Shown one piece after another: positions 1 through 9,732 of a stretch of 64,000 nt of DNA. The stretch is from Patescibacteria group bacterium (GTDB lineage Bacteria > Patescibacteriota > Minisyncoccia > Phycocordibacterales > UBA9973). The stretch covers positions 7,357-71,356 of the forward strand of contig JAZKAB010000003.1 of NCBI GenBank assembly GCA_040389365.1. The letters are read 5' to 3'. The notes below the pieces were generated by a model. That model did no database searches. It was not told the DNA's origin and worked only from the letters and a program-made list of their open reading frames with translations. The position numbers and the translations under genes are program-made. The stretch's first letter is position 1. Every line of letters begins with the position of its first letter.

Positions 1-46
1 TTCATGTTGCATGGTTTTTCCACACACTACTACGCCACCCTTCTTT

Positions 47-1927
47 TTACAACCGCTCTGGATTCTCTTCGATAAGATACGGAAAGTGCAGCGATGTCAG
101 GAAACCTGCCAGCCCAGGCCCTTCTTCTTCAATATAGGTCGGCACTGTCTTTATAATCCATGTCACCAATACCTTCATGCTGCCAATGCTGATGCGGCGC
201 GCTGGCATCATGGTTGCCTCCATGTTTTTGAAATACTCTTGCACCTTTTCTATAACGCTGAGGCGATAGCCTTCGGGTACGGTTATGCTCACTTTTACAA
301 TGCTGCCGTAGGGCGGGTAGCCGATTTCCTGGCGCAGCAGCAGCTCGTCATGAATGATGGCGTTGATCTTCTGCGTCTCAAGCTGCTTGATCGTCGGAAA
401 GTCAGCCTGTCGCGTGAAGAGCAATACGCCGTCAGAGACGCGCTCGTTGCATTCCATGACAATGCGCAGCATGTTTTCAGTCGTATACAGCGACGGCACT
501 GACAGCAGGCGGTCGAAGAAGGGGAAGAGGCAGTAGTTAATATTCTTCAGGAATGGCAATACCTTGATGGTGCCAATAATTATTGAAAACTTCTGCTTCT
601 CGCTGAGTGCGAGCAGCTGGGTAATACTGGCGCTGTCAGGGGTGAGGTCGTCATCGATAGTCGTTACAACGTCAGCGCCAACAAGCGCTGATACTGCATC
701 TCGAATTGCTTCGGTGCCGATTGAGACAGGCGTAATGTTCCAGCTGCCGCAATAGCTGCAGGTGTGCGTAGGCGGCAGCGTGGCAGTGCAGTGCGTGCAG
801 ACGAAGTAGCGCTCCTCGGCGCCTTGGGCGTTTCTTCTATTTTTCAGGACCATTGGCAAGCCGCAGATTTCGCAGGTCACGATCGTGCCGCAGTCGCTGC
901 AGCGCGACAGGGGAGCCACGCCCTTTCTGCTGGCATAGATATAGAGCCGCTTCTTTTTCTTCATCGCATGGCGAATAATCTCGATCACCTCAGTCGGCAA
1001 GACGCTGCGATACGGCTCTACGGGGACGACATGCAGCTTGTCGGGAATGAAGGTGCGCGGCAAATGCGTTTTCTTGGTGCGCTCCAGCGTTTCAAAGCGC
1101 GGGATAGTATCGCCCCAATAGATATGCAGCTTTGCTGCCTTGGCAAACGCGCCTAAGAATATGCGCAGGTCAGTCTTGAAGCGGTCGCTGGTCTTGTACA
1201 GGTTTGAGCTTTCATCCTCAACGATAACTTCGCCGATGTCATGCCGCGGCAAGACGCTGAAGCCTGGCGTCGCGAAGATGATAAGCGGCCGGTCGCTCTG
1301 CTTGATCAGCACGAATGCGCCGCGCAGATCGCGCTTCGTTGTCTTGCTGTGCACGATGACGGCATGCTTTGAGATGCCTTTTTCCAAGAGCGCATGCCAT
1401 TGTTCCAGGTGCTTGATGGTTGGCGCAATGAAGAGCACGCTTTTCTTTGCGGCGAATGCGGTGCGTATAAGGCGCTTGTAGTTGTCGGAGCGCTCAAGCA
1501 TGGTGCCGATAACAGCGTCTTCTTCATAGGAATTTTTTTCTATTGTCTGCTCTTCTGCCAGCGTCACGATCTTTTCTGGAGAAACGTATTCAAACAGGCT
1601 TTGCGGCATGACTGCAGCTGCAATGGCGCCGAGCGGGCTCAATGTCTTTGCCGCTGTTTCCTGCAGGCCGTCAATCACCGCGCCAAGCAGCGGCACGTAG
1701 CCAACGGTGCTGTGTATTTTCTTCAATGCAAACGATGCCTGCTTGATCGCCGCCTTGCCTTCGGTTAGGCTTTGGCATTGCGCGATGATGGCGTTGATTT
1801 TCTGCTTGCCAAACGGCACTGAGACAATGGTACCCGCGTCAAGCAGCTCCGCGCTGAAGTATGTCAGCGTATCGAACGGAAGGCCTCTGCTTATCGGGAT
1901 AACAGTTGCTATATACATAAAGGCCAC
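47..1927 (-). CDS. priA: primosomal protein N' (PriA replication-restart helicase), 626 aa
   Basis: ORF track 47..1927(-). C-terminal double Cys4 zinc cluster (CSDCG..CEICG / CTHC..CSYCG) and overall PriA layout. Start is GTG at 1927 or ATG 9 nt downstream. Confidence 0.7.
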   Translation of the reverse strand: MAFMYIATVIPISRGLPFDTLTYFSAELLDAGTIVSVPFGKQKINAIIAQCQSLTEGKAAIKQASFALKKIHSTVGYVPLLGAVIDGLQETAAKTLSPLGAIAAAVMPQSLFEYVSPEKIVTLAEEQTIEKNSYEEDAVIGTMLERSDNYKRLIRTAFAAKKSVLFIAPTIKHLEQWHALLEKGISKHAVIVHSKTTKRDLRGAFVLIKQSDRPLIIFATPGFSVLPRHDIGEVIVEDESSNLYKTSDRFKTDLRIFLGAFAKAAKLHIYWGDTIPRFETLERTKKTHLPRTFIPDKLHVVPVEPYRSVLPTEVIEIIRHAMKKKKRLYIYASRKGVAPLSRCSDCGTIVTCEICGLPMVLKNRRNAQGAEERYFVCTHCTATLPPTHTCSYCGSWNITPVSIGTEAIRDAVSALVGADVVTTIDDDLTPDSASITQLLALSEKQKFSIIIGTIKVLPFLKNINYCLFPFFDRLLSVPSLYTTENMLRIVMECNERVSDGVLLFTRQADFPTIKQLETQKINAIIHDELLLRQEIGYPPYGSIVKVSITVPEGYRLSVIEKVQEYFKNMEATMMPARRISIGSMKVLVTWIIKTVPTYIEEEGPGLAGFLTSLHFPYLIEENPERL

Positions 1928-1945
1928 TATACTATAGTCATTCGC

Positions 1946-2965
1946 ATGTGGAAACTTCCGGGCAACAAGAAAATAGGCATTGACCTTGGCACGGCCAATA
2001 CATTGGTATTTATGGCTGGAAAAGGCATCGTATTGAACGAGCCGACAGTCGTTGCTGTTAACCGCACCACCCGCTCTATCGAGGCAATTGGCAATGATGC
2101 CAAAGACATGATCGGCAAGACGCCTGACTCAGTATCAGTGCATCGCCCGATGCAGGACGGTGCCATTGCAAACTACACCGTAACGTATGCCATGCTGCAC
2201 CATTTCATCAGCAAGGCATTGGGCCGCACGTCATTGTTCAAGCCCGACGTGTTGGTATCAGTGCCCGTTGGCATAACCTCAACCGAGCGACGTGCAGTTA
2301 TTGAGGCGACGATGAAAGCTGGCGCGCGCACTGCGATTATTGTGAAGGAGCCAATCTTGGCGGCGCTTGGCGCAGGCGTGCCGATCAACGAGCCGCGCGG
2401 CTGCATGATTATTGATAGCGGCGGCGGTACGACTGACGTTGCAGTTATTTCATTGGGCGGCATCATTGCCTCAACGTCGGTGAAGTGCGCGGGCAACAAG
2501 TTCGACCAGGCCATCATCGATTATATTCGCCATACCTATAACGTTGCCATTGGCGACCAGACTGCAGAGGAAATAAAGAAGACATTGTGCTCTGCATTGC
2601 CCGTATCTCCAGACGTGTCAGGCGACATCAAGGGTCGCGACATGGTGACAGGGTTGCCAAAGACGCTGACTATAACAACAAACGAATTGGTGAAGGCGAT
2701 TCAGTATGAGCTTGAGATTATTATCAAGGCCATCAAGACGGTATTAGAAAACACGCCGCCAGAATTAGCCTCAGACATTATCGACTATGGCATTGTCATG
2801 ACTGGAGGCACATCGAGCCTGGCTCATCTGCCAGAGCTCATCGAGCAGCAGACGGGCGTGAAGGTGCGCGTTGCTGACGATCCGCTGTATTGCGTGGTAA
2901 AGGGAACAGGCGTATTGCTCGGACACCTTGACGATTACAAGCGCTCAATTCTCGCAAAGCGATAG
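1946..2965 (+). CDS. mreB: rod-shape determining actin homolog MreB, 339 aa
   Basis: N-terminus IGIDLGTANTLVF and the DSGGGTTD phosphate-2 motif. TATAGT -10 hexamer 7 nt upstream of the ATG. Confidence 0.9.
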   Translation: MWKLPGNKKIGIDLGTANTLVFMAGKGIVLNEPTVVAVNRTTRSIEAIGNDAKDMIGKTPDSVSVHRPMQDGAIANYTVTYAMLHHFISKALGRTSLFKPDVLVSVPVGITSTERRAVIEATMKAGARTAIIVKEPILAALGAGVPINEPRGCMIIDSGGGTTDVAVISLGGIIASTSVKCAGNKFDQAIIDYIRHTYNVAIGDQTAEEIKKTLCSALPVSPDVSGDIKGRDMVTGLPKTLTITTNELVKAIQYELEIIIKAIKTVLENTPPELASDIIDYGIVMTGGTSSLAHLPELIEQQTGVKVRVADDPLYCVVKGTGVLLGHLDDYKRSILAKR

Positions 2966-2966
2966 T

Positions 2967-3587
2967 ATGAACATTGCAGCCATACATGAGCGCGCGCCGC
3001 AAAAGACATTCCTGGCCCAGGGCAATGAAGCAGCATTTGCTGCATTGATTGAAAGCGCAGCGGTGCAGTATCCGCTCACCAATGTCATTGCCGTCCCTCG
3101 CTTTACTATTGATCATGCCAAGACCATTGTTGCGTATATAAATGAAGGTACTGGGGAAGCGCGCCTCTTGCTGTGTTTCTTTTCAATATTCTCTCCTGAT
3201 GCGGCTGAAGTGTTACTGAAGTCCTTGGAAGAGCCCGATATTGATACGACAGTCGTATTAATGACGCCGTATCCGTACCTGGTTCCTGCAACGATTCGAT
3301 CTCGAACGATGCTGATACATACTGATGCTGTTGCGGTATCAGAAATTGCCAAGGGTATTTCTCGGGAAGGCATGCTGGCGCAGATCAAGGAAGAGTTTGC
3401 CAGCGATGCAGAAGAAGATGCAGCAACAAGACGGGCAAAGGCAGTACAGCTGCTCGACATGCTCGAAGCGCATGTTCGAACGACTCCTGCAAAGGCAGCA
3501 ATTGTTTATAAGGCAAAAGACATGCTGTTCAAGGCGAACCTTCCGACAAAATACATTTTAGAATATGCAGCGAGCATGGTGCTATAA
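2967..3587 (+). CDS. holB: DNA polymerase III delta'-like clamp-loader subunit (degenerate AAA+), ~206 aa
   Basis: LLKSLEEP and TIRSRT (sensor-2-like) motifs typical of delta/delta' subunits. ATG at 2967 immediately after the mreB stop. Confidence 0.5.
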   Translation: MNIAAIHERAPQKTFLAQGNEAAFAALIESAAVQYPLTNVIAVPRFTIDHAKTIVAYINEGTGEARLLLCFFSIFSPDAAEVLLKSLEEPDIDTTVVLMTPYPYLVPATIRSRTMLIHTDAVAVSEIAKGISREGMLAQIKEEFASDAEEDAATRRAKAVQLLDMLEAHVRTTPAKAAIVYKAKDMLFKANLPTKYILEYAASMVL

Positions 3588-3642
3588 AAAAATAACCCCG
3601 AAAGGGATTATTGGTTTTTGAAGCTTTTATCAGCGATTTTTT

Positions 3643-4023
3643 TTATACAGCGGGCGCAGTTCTCCAGGGGGCTGTAATTTTTTCATATTGCTGCCGCAGG
3701 GAAGCAGTCGACCCTTTGTACATCTTAGCGCTTGTAAGATAAAAAGTGTCGCTTGTTTCGTATTTAGTATCAGCGCTTGCTTTTAGTACTAAAAAAACTG
3801 GCTCGGCCGAGATGCCTAGCGCTGCATCTACAAAAATCATATTCTCGTCAGTTTCTTCGATTGCCGGAACTCTTTCAAAAGATTGTATGGTGAAAGCAGT
3901 CCTGTCATCTCCAATAAAACAGATAATATAATTGCTGTTAAAGCATGCCGCTACATAGCAGCCTAGGGTTTTAGGAAGGCCCGTAACGTTAATTTCTTCT
4001 TTTTGCGCAAGGTGCTGTTCCAT
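3643..4023 (-). CDS. hypothetical protein (~127 aa from internal Met MEQHLAQ...)
   Basis: ORF track 3643..4173(-). The longer version would overlap frr, so the internal Met at 4023 is preferred. No recognisable motif. Confidence 0.35.
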   Translation of the reverse strand: MEQHLAQKEEINVTGLPKTLGCYVAACFNSNYIICFIGDDRTAFTIQSFERVPAIEETDENMIFVDAALGISAEPVFLVLKASADTKYETSDTFYLTSAKMYKGSTASLRQQYEKITAPWRTAPAV

Positions 4024-4095
4024 ATTTTTTTTCTGCAATATAGGGTTTTTGGGAGCAAAAAGCAAACAAGCACCCATATGGTATACTGCACTCCT

Positions 4096-4632
4096 ATGTA
4101 CGATATACAACCTTTCAAACAAGAAGCTAAGCAGGCGCAGGAATGGCTTGCAAAAGAATATTCGCAAATCCATACCGGCCGTGCAGCGCCCGCACTGCTT
4201 GATGGCGTATCAGTTGAAGCATACGGCTCATTCCAGCCCTTGAAAAACGTTGCATCAACAACTATCGAAGACCCTAAGACGCTTCGCGTCGTGCCATGGG
4301 ACAAGGGCCAGATCAAGGATATCGAGCGCGCACTGTATGCAGCTGACCTTAACTTCTCGATTGCCGTTGACGATGCCGGCATCCGCGTTATTATCCCGGC
4401 CCTCACTACAGAAACTCGCCAGAAGCTGGTAAAGATTGCAAAGGAGCGCCTTGAAGACGCCCGCATCACCATTCGCAAGGCACGCGAAGCGATGCTGAGC
4501 GATCTGAAAGATCAGAAGCTGCCAGAAGACATGATGCGCAACGCCAAAGACGACGTGCAAACGCAGGTTGACGGAGCCAATAGCGACCTGGAAGGCCTGT
4601 TTAATAAAAAGGAGGCAGAAATCCTCAGCTAG
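4096..4632 (+). CDS. frr: ribosome recycling factor
   Basis: SQIHTGRAAPALLDGVSVEAYGS matches the RRF hallmark (KIRTGRAsPslLD). TATACT -10 sits 8 nt upstream of ATG 4096, suggesting a leaderless transcript. Confidence 0.85.
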   Translation: MYDIQPFKQEAKQAQEWLAKEYSQIHTGRAAPALLDGVSVEAYGSFQPLKNVASTTIEDPKTLRVVPWDKGQIKDIERALYAADLNFSIAVDDAGIRVIIPALTTETRQKLVKIAKERLEDARITIRKAREAMLSDLKDQKLPEDMMRNAKDDVQTQVDGANSDLEGLFNKKEAEILS

Positions 4633-4634
4633 TC

Positions 4635-5699
4635 ATGACTATCATTATCTTCATTCTCGTACTGCTCGTTACCGTCATTGCGCATGAATGGGGGCATTTC
4701 TACGTTGCTCGCAAGAGCGGCATGACTGTTGAAGAGTTCGGCTTCGGCATTCCGCCGCGCCTTTTCTCTTGGAAAAAAGGCGGGACAACGTATTCTATTA
4801 ACGCGCTGCCGATTGGCGGGTTCGTAAAGATTGCGGGAGAGAATGGGTTTGAAGATCCAGCTATTGATGCAACGCCTAAAGACAAGCAGTTTGAATCAAA
4901 GCCATGGTACCTGAAGAGCGCAGTGCTTGTTGCGGGCGTAGTCTGCAATATTCTTCTTGCCATTGTCTTGTTTACCGTGGCGTATGCCATCGGCATGCCT
5001 GTTGCGATGGAAGGAGGCACGCCTACGGTTATCAACGTTGTATCAGGATCTCCGGCTGCAAAGAGCGGCCTTGAGGTTGGCGATGTTATTACGGGCGTTT
5101 CGGTCGGTTCAGCTGCCATTGCCGCTGCTCCAAGCACTGAGACCGTGCACGATGCCATTGTTGCCAATGACGGGAACGTGGTATTGAGCGTGAAGCGGGG
5201 GAATAAGGATGTTCCGTTTACCATTGTTCCTGAAGGTACGGGAAGCGCGCGCGTGATTGGCATCGCAATCGAGCCAGTATCGCAGCAGCGCCTGCCGCTC
5301 TTTAGGGCATTTACTGCTGCAGTGCAGCAGACCATCAGCATGGCTGGTCAGATCTTTAGTACACTGGGCAGTCTGATTGCTGGAATCTTTACCCCGAACA
5401 ATACTGCAAGCGCGCTTGTGGGCCCTGTCGGGCTAGCAAAGGAGGTGGGAAGCGCTGCAAGCATTGGCTTTACATATCTCTTGGCGTTTACGGCTGCAAT
5501 TTCAGTAAACCTGGCAGTATTGAACATTATGCCATTTCCAGCCCTTGATGGCGGGCGACTGGTAGTGGTGCTGCTCGAGGCGATTACCAAGCGAAAGTTT
5601 TCCCAGAAAACCGTTGGCATTATTCACGCAATCGGCTTTATCGTGCTTTTGGGCCTCATGGTATTTTTAACAGTAGGGGATGTGCGCAAGCTATTTTAA
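4635..5699 (+). CDS. rseP: RseP-family site-2 zinc metalloprotease (M50) with PDZ domain
   Basis: HEWGHF HExxH motif in the first TM, a PDZ-like middle region, and a C-terminal LDGG motif. GGAGG Shine-Dalgarno precedes the ATG. Confidence 0.85.
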   Translation: MTIIIFILVLLVTVIAHEWGHFYVARKSGMTVEEFGFGIPPRLFSWKKGGTTYSINALPIGGFVKIAGENGFEDPAIDATPKDKQFESKPWYLKSAVLVAGVVCNILLAIVLFTVAYAIGMPVAMEGGTPTVINVVSGSPAAKSGLEVGDVITGVSVGSAAIAAAPSTETVHDAIVANDGNVVLSVKRGNKDVPFTIVPEGTGSARVIGIAIEPVSQQRLPLFRAFTAAVQQTISMAGQIFSTLGSLIAGIFTPNNTASALVGPVGLAKEVGSAASIGFTYLLAFTAAISVNLAVLNIMPFPALDGGRLVVVLLEAITKRKFSQKTVGIIHAIGFIVLLGLMVFLTVGDVRKLF

Positions 5700-5715
5700 T
5701 CCTGTCCCACTGCTC

Positions 5716-5743
5716 TTGACAAAAGTTTGACTTTTTTTATATC
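5716..5743 (+). promoter_or_regulatory. sigma-70-like promoter TTGACA-16-TATATC upstream of the 5789 gene
   Basis: Consensus -35 TTGACA and a TATATC -10 hexamer in the 90-nt intergenic region after rseP. Confidence 0.4.
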
Positions 5744-5788
5744 CATGATAAAGTATAGACTATATCAATAGTATAAACACACAGACAC

Positions 5789-6823
5789 ATGGCAACTATC
5801 AGTTTTAAACCTAAACAAGTCACAAAGCGCCTGCTCTCAAACCTGCAGGACCGCGCGCATGACATTATCGTCAACCGCTACGGGCTTGAAGACAATGCTG
5901 ACTCGAAAACACTCGAGGCAATTGGCAAGAAATACGGCATCACTCGAGAGCGCGTTCGCCAGATCGAGAATGCTGCGCTTGCAGCAATCCGCAAGAGTGA
6001 CAGCTTCAAGGCTGAGACCAAGGTATTTGGCGAGCTTCAGGAACTGGTAAAGGTGATGGGCAGCATGGTGCATGAAGACGACTTCCTTTCCTACGTGTCT
6101 AAGGACAAGGCAGTACAGAACCATATTCGCTTCTACATGGTGCTTGGCGAAGAATTCGAAAAGCTGAAAGAAGACGATCATTTCCAGACTCGCTGGACTG
6201 TTGACCAGGAATTGTCTGAAGTTATCCATGACGCACTGCACAAGGTATACAAGAGCCTTGATGACAAGGAGCTTCTTAGCGAAGATGACCTTGTGACTCG
6301 CTTCCTTGAAGAATTGAAGGGCGTAGCCGTTCAGTACAAGAACGAAGAGGTTGCTCGCCGATGGCTGAACATCTCAAAGAAAATTGGCGTTAACCCGCTT
6401 GGCGAATGGGGTCCGTCTGATTCTCAGAACATCAAGACTCGCGGCATTAAGGACTATGCCTTTCTTATGATGCGCAAGCACGGCTCTCCAATGCACTTCC
6501 GCGAAGTCGCAAAGGCTATCGTCGATACGTTCGGTCGCAAGACGCATGTTGCAACGACTCACAACGAGCTGATCAAGGATCCCCGCTTCGTGCTTGTTGG
6601 CCGCGGCTACTACGCGTTGTCAGAATGGGGCTACAAGCCTGGCGTTGTGCGCGACGTGATCAAGGAAATTCTTGTAAAGGAAGGCCCGCTTACCAAAGAA
6701 GACGTCGTTGACCGCGTATTGAAGGAGCGCTTCCTGAAGAAGAACACGATTCTGGTGAATCTTCAGAATGCAAAATACTTTACCAAGCTAGAAAACGGTA
6801 CCTATACCGTTGCGAAGAAATAG
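5789..6823 (+). CDS. sigma-70 region-4 HTH + C-terminal HARE-HTH (RNAP delta-like) domain protein, 344 aa
   Basis: N-terminus TLEAIGKKYGITRERVRQIENAALAAIRK is a textbook sigma-70 region 4.2. C-terminus FREVAKAI...HNELIKDPRFVLVGRGYYALSEWGY matches the HARE-HTH fold of the RNAP delta subunit. Confidence 0.6.
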   Translation: MATISFKPKQVTKRLLSNLQDRAHDIIVNRYGLEDNADSKTLEAIGKKYGITRERVRQIENAALAAIRKSDSFKAETKVFGELQELVKVMGSMVHEDDFLSYVSKDKAVQNHIRFYMVLGEEFEKLKEDDHFQTRWTVDQELSEVIHDALHKVYKSLDDKELLSEDDLVTRFLEELKGVAVQYKNEEVARRWLNISKKIGVNPLGEWGPSDSQNIKTRGIKDYAFLMMRKHGSPMHFREVAKAIVDTFGRKTHVATTHNELIKDPRFVLVGRGYYALSEWGYKPGVVRDVIKEILVKEGPLTKEDVVDRVLKERFLKKNTILVNLQNAKYFTKLENGTYTVAKK

Positions 6824-6826
6824 CCT

Positions 6827-7537
6827 ATGGCTGATGCTCCAGCAAGCGGCGGCGGTAGCGGATGGGGCGCGCTAGAGGTTATTCTCGCGCTCGTACTCGC
6901 TATTGGCCTTATCTCAACCCTTACTGGAAATCCTATAACGCCTATATTCGGACCGAGCAAGACAGGCAGCAGCGCTAAGAGCGCGGCTGCAACAAAAGGT
7001 ACAGCCTATGGCTGTACTGTTGTCGTTTCTGAGCCTTCTCCAAAGGAAAAGATTGGCAGCGAGGTAAAAGTGTCAGGCACGATCAGTGCTTGCGCTGATG
7101 GAGGCAGCTCATTCCCGAAGACTATCTATGCGCAAGTCGTAGACAGCAAGGGTACCGTATTGTCAGTATTGACGCCATTGCCAATCTCAAAGAATTTCTT
7201 TGGCGAAGTGCGCTTTTCAGCAGCGGTGACGTTGTCAGGCATTGCGCGCTCATCGAATGCAACGCTTATCATCACCGGTCCGGCAACTGATACTGCAAAG
7301 TCTGCAAATATTCGCGTTGCAATTACCTTGAAGACGGGCATTGCCGCTCCTGCTCCTATCAATACTGATGCAAACTTTGTTCCTGCAGCAGGATACATGC
7401 CAACTGCAACTCCTACCCCTGCTCCTACGCAGCCGCAGCCCGTATACACTCCTCCTCAGCAGGTTTCTCCTGTTGAGCAGACGCCTCCTCCAAGCACTGG
7501 TTCTGGAAATGGCGGCGGTACCGGTACGACTTTTTAA
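6827..7537 (+). CDS. membrane-anchored secreted protein with Pro/Thr/Gln-rich C-terminal tail
   Basis: One N-terminal TM helix (LEVILALVLAIGLISTL), then a low-complexity PTPAPTQPQP tail ending in a GSGNGGGTGTTF repeat. No LPXTG or pilin motif. Confidence 0.5.
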   Translation: MADAPASGGGSGWGALEVILALVLAIGLISTLTGNPITPIFGPSKTGSSAKSAAATKGTAYGCTVVVSEPSPKEKIGSEVKVSGTISACADGGSSFPKTIYAQVVDSKGTVLSVLTPLPISKNFFGEVRFSAAVTLSGIARSSNATLIITGPATDTAKSANIRVAITLKTGIAAPAPINTDANFVPAAGYMPTATPTPAPTQPQPVYTPPQQVSPVEQTPPPSTGSGNGGGTGTTF

Positions 7538-7561
7538 ACACTCAATGGTATACTATATGCC

Positions 7562-8827
7562 ATGCAGCAAACCATTGCTCCCACATTCATTTCGCAACTG
7601 ATCGGCGTTATCATTGCGCTCCCAATACTTTCATATCTTGCCTGGAACTTATGGATGTCATACATCCAGACGCTTTTCATAGACTCGCTTAAATGGACGC
7701 TGCTTGAAATCAAGCCGCCGAAAGAAGTCTTCAAGTCGCCGTTGGCGATGGAGCTGGTATTGAACTCGCTGTATCAGACCGGAGGTCATGGCAACTGGAT
7801 GCAGAAATACTGGGGCGGGGCAGTGCGCAACTGGTTCTCGCTAGAAATTGTCTCTATAGAAGGGTCAATTCATTTTTATATTCGCACCGCAACAAAATTC
7901 AAGAGCATTATTCAGTCGCAGATCTATGCGCAGTATCCGCAGGCTGAGGTGACGGAAGTTGAAGACTATACTGCAGCAGTGCCTGACTTTACCAAAGACG
8001 GTCCTATTGGACTATGGGGTACGAAGCTCGTGCTTACCAAAGACGATCCGTATCCAATCAAGACCTATATTGACTTCGGTCTTGACCGTGCGGTCGGCTC
8101 GCTTGATGAAGAGCAGCGTATTGACCCTATAACCCCCATGCTTGAATTCATGGGCTCAATTGGCATAGGAGAGCAGATCTGGTTCCAGATCATCGTGCGT
8201 GCCGATACCAAGCGCTTTACCGTAACGAAGGGCGGCGTCGAAGAGAGCGGCAAAAGCTGGACCGACAAGGCCAAGGAGGTTATCAAGACATTCAATGACA
8301 GCCTGAATGAAAAGGATAAGGAGGGAAAGACGATTGCAACTCGTCGCGCAACAAGAGGCGAGCAGGGCGTCATCGAGGCGATCGAGCGCAATGCCAGCAA
8401 GTTCGGCTTTGATGCCGGCATTCGCACTATCTATATCACCAAGAAAGACAAGTTCGATGCAAATCGCATTGCCGGATTGACGGGCATGGTGCGCCAGTAC
8501 AGCTCGAGCGATTTCAACAGCTTCAAGCCTGACGGCGCGACAGCGTTTGATTTCCCGTGGCAGGACATTACCGGCAGGAAGATCGTAAAGGCTAAGCAGG
8601 GCATTTTGGATGCATACAAGGCTCGTGCCTATTTCTATGGCGGCTTTGACCTTATCAAGCCTAAAAAGTATTTTACCTATCCAGAAAAATCTGGCGACAA
8701 GCCGTTCATTCTTTCAACAGAAGAGCTTGCAACCATGTTCCATCTTCCTGGTCGCGTGGCTGAAACGCCAAGCTTCGTACGCATTGAGGCAACTAAGGCT
8801 GAGCCTCCAGCAAACTTGCCAGTATAG
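7562..8827 (+). CDS. hypothetical N-terminally membrane-anchored protein, 421 aa
   Basis: One TM helix near the N-terminus and a large soluble domain with no motif I can name. TATACT -10 7 nt upstream of the ATG. Confidence 0.5.
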   Translation: MQQTIAPTFISQLIGVIIALPILSYLAWNLWMSYIQTLFIDSLKWTLLEIKPPKEVFKSPLAMELVLNSLYQTGGHGNWMQKYWGGAVRNWFSLEIVSIEGSIHFYIRTATKFKSIIQSQIYAQYPQAEVTEVEDYTAAVPDFTKDGPIGLWGTKLVLTKDDPYPIKTYIDFGLDRAVGSLDEEQRIDPITPMLEFMGSIGIGEQIWFQIIVRADTKRFTVTKGGVEESGKSWTDKAKEVIKTFNDSLNEKDKEGKTIATRRATRGEQGVIEAIERNASKFGFDAGIRTIYITKKDKFDANRIAGLTGMVRQYSSSDFNSFKPDGATAFDFPWQDITGRKIVKAKQGILDAYKARAYFYGGFDLIKPKKYFTYPEKSGDKPFILSTEELATMFHLPGRVAETPSFVRIEATKAEPPANLPV

Positions 8828-8828
8828 T

Positions 8829-9731
8829 ATGCGACCTTCTCTCCAGCGGGGCTTCATTCGAAGCGCGCTCCTAATATTAGCGCTCGGCACTGTGCTTTTC
8901 GTGAGCGCGTACAATGCATTCGTTGCTGCGCCGTCTGCATTTCCGGCACAGTATCATTTAACTGTCTCAAGCGGCGACAACGTGCGCACCATTTCAGAAC
9001 AGCTGTCTAGCGACGACGCAATCAAGTCAAAGCGCGCGTTTGAAATACTGATGACAGCACTGGGCAGCGACAAGAGCGTGAGCGAGGGCGAGTATTCGTT
9101 CGAGCAGCCGACGTCTTTGATAGGCATTGCATTGCGGCTGTCAGGCAAGGAGTTTGGCACCATGAAGCAGAAGGTGACATTTCCTGAAGGGTATACGAAT
9201 AAGGAAATGGCTGCTCGGCTTGCAGCAGTCTTTCCTGACTTTGATACCGCCGGCTTTCTTGCCCTTGCTGCAAAAGATCAGGGCATGCTCTTTCCTGATA
9301 CGTATTCATTCTTCCCAACGCCGCGGCCAGAGACTGTCGTTACGGCAATGAAGAACAATTACGAAAAGAAGATTCTGCCAATCCGTCCTGAAATACAGGC
9401 AACAGGAAGAAGCGAGCAGTCAATTATTATTATGGCTTCAATTATAGAAAAAGAAGCGAAGGGCGTCGAAGACAGTCCTGTCATTGCCGGCATTCTCTGG
9501 AAGCGATTGCAGCAAGGCATGCTATTGCAGGTTGATGCAGCGCCGGTTACCTATGCAAAAAAAGGCTTGCCGGCTGACCCGATCGGCAATCCTGGCCTTC
9601 GCGCGATCACTGCCGTGCTTTATCCCACAAGCTCTTCTTTTGTCTACTATTTACACGATCGCACGGGCGCAATACACTATGCATCTACCTACGCGCAGCA
9701 TGCGCAGAATATTAAGAAGTATTTACAATAA
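8829..9731 (+). CDS. mltG: endolytic murein transglycosylase MltG (YceG family)
   Basis: Signal-anchor start MRPSLQRGFIRSALLILALG plus the YceG hallmark TFPEGYTNKEMAARLA. The ORF-track N-terminal extension (8610..) is an artefact of the missing in-frame stop. Confidence 0.75.
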   Translation: MRPSLQRGFIRSALLILALGTVLFVSAYNAFVAAPSAFPAQYHLTVSSGDNVRTISEQLSSDDAIKSKRAFEILMTALGSDKSVSEGEYSFEQPTSLIGIALRLSGKEFGTMKQKVTFPEGYTNKEMAARLAAVFPDFDTAGFLALAAKDQGMLFPDTYSFFPTPRPETVVTAMKNNYEKKILPIRPEIQATGRSEQSIIIMASIIEKEAKGVEDSPVIAGILWKRLQQGMLLQVDAAPVTYAKKGLPADPIGNPGLRAITAVLYPTSSSFVYYLHDRTGAIHYASTYAQHAQNIKKYLQ

Positions 9732-9732
9732 C

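Noticed and set aside
11-502. 163-aa plus-strand ORF at the window start
   Set aside because: Lies entirely antisense within priA (47..1927, minus), which has strong PriA features. It has no motif or upstream signal and is most likely a shadow ORF.
4003-4095. Longer frr start (MRKVLFHIFF…)
   Set aside because: RRF homology begins at MYDIQPF (4096), which is preceded by a TATACT -10. The longer form would overlap the convergent minus-strand gene.
4700-5341. 213-aa minus-strand ORF
   Set aside because: Antisense to rseP (HExxH/PDZ on the plus strand).
8610-8828. N-terminal 73-aa extension of the mltG ORF in the track
   Set aside because: Overlaps the 3' end of the 7562..8827 gene. The true MltG signal-anchor start is the ATG at 8829 directly after that gene's stop.
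9484-9732. 83-aa N-terminal extension of the exonuclease ORF
   Set aside because: Would overlap mltG. The DEDDh motif Exo I begins right after the Met at 9733.
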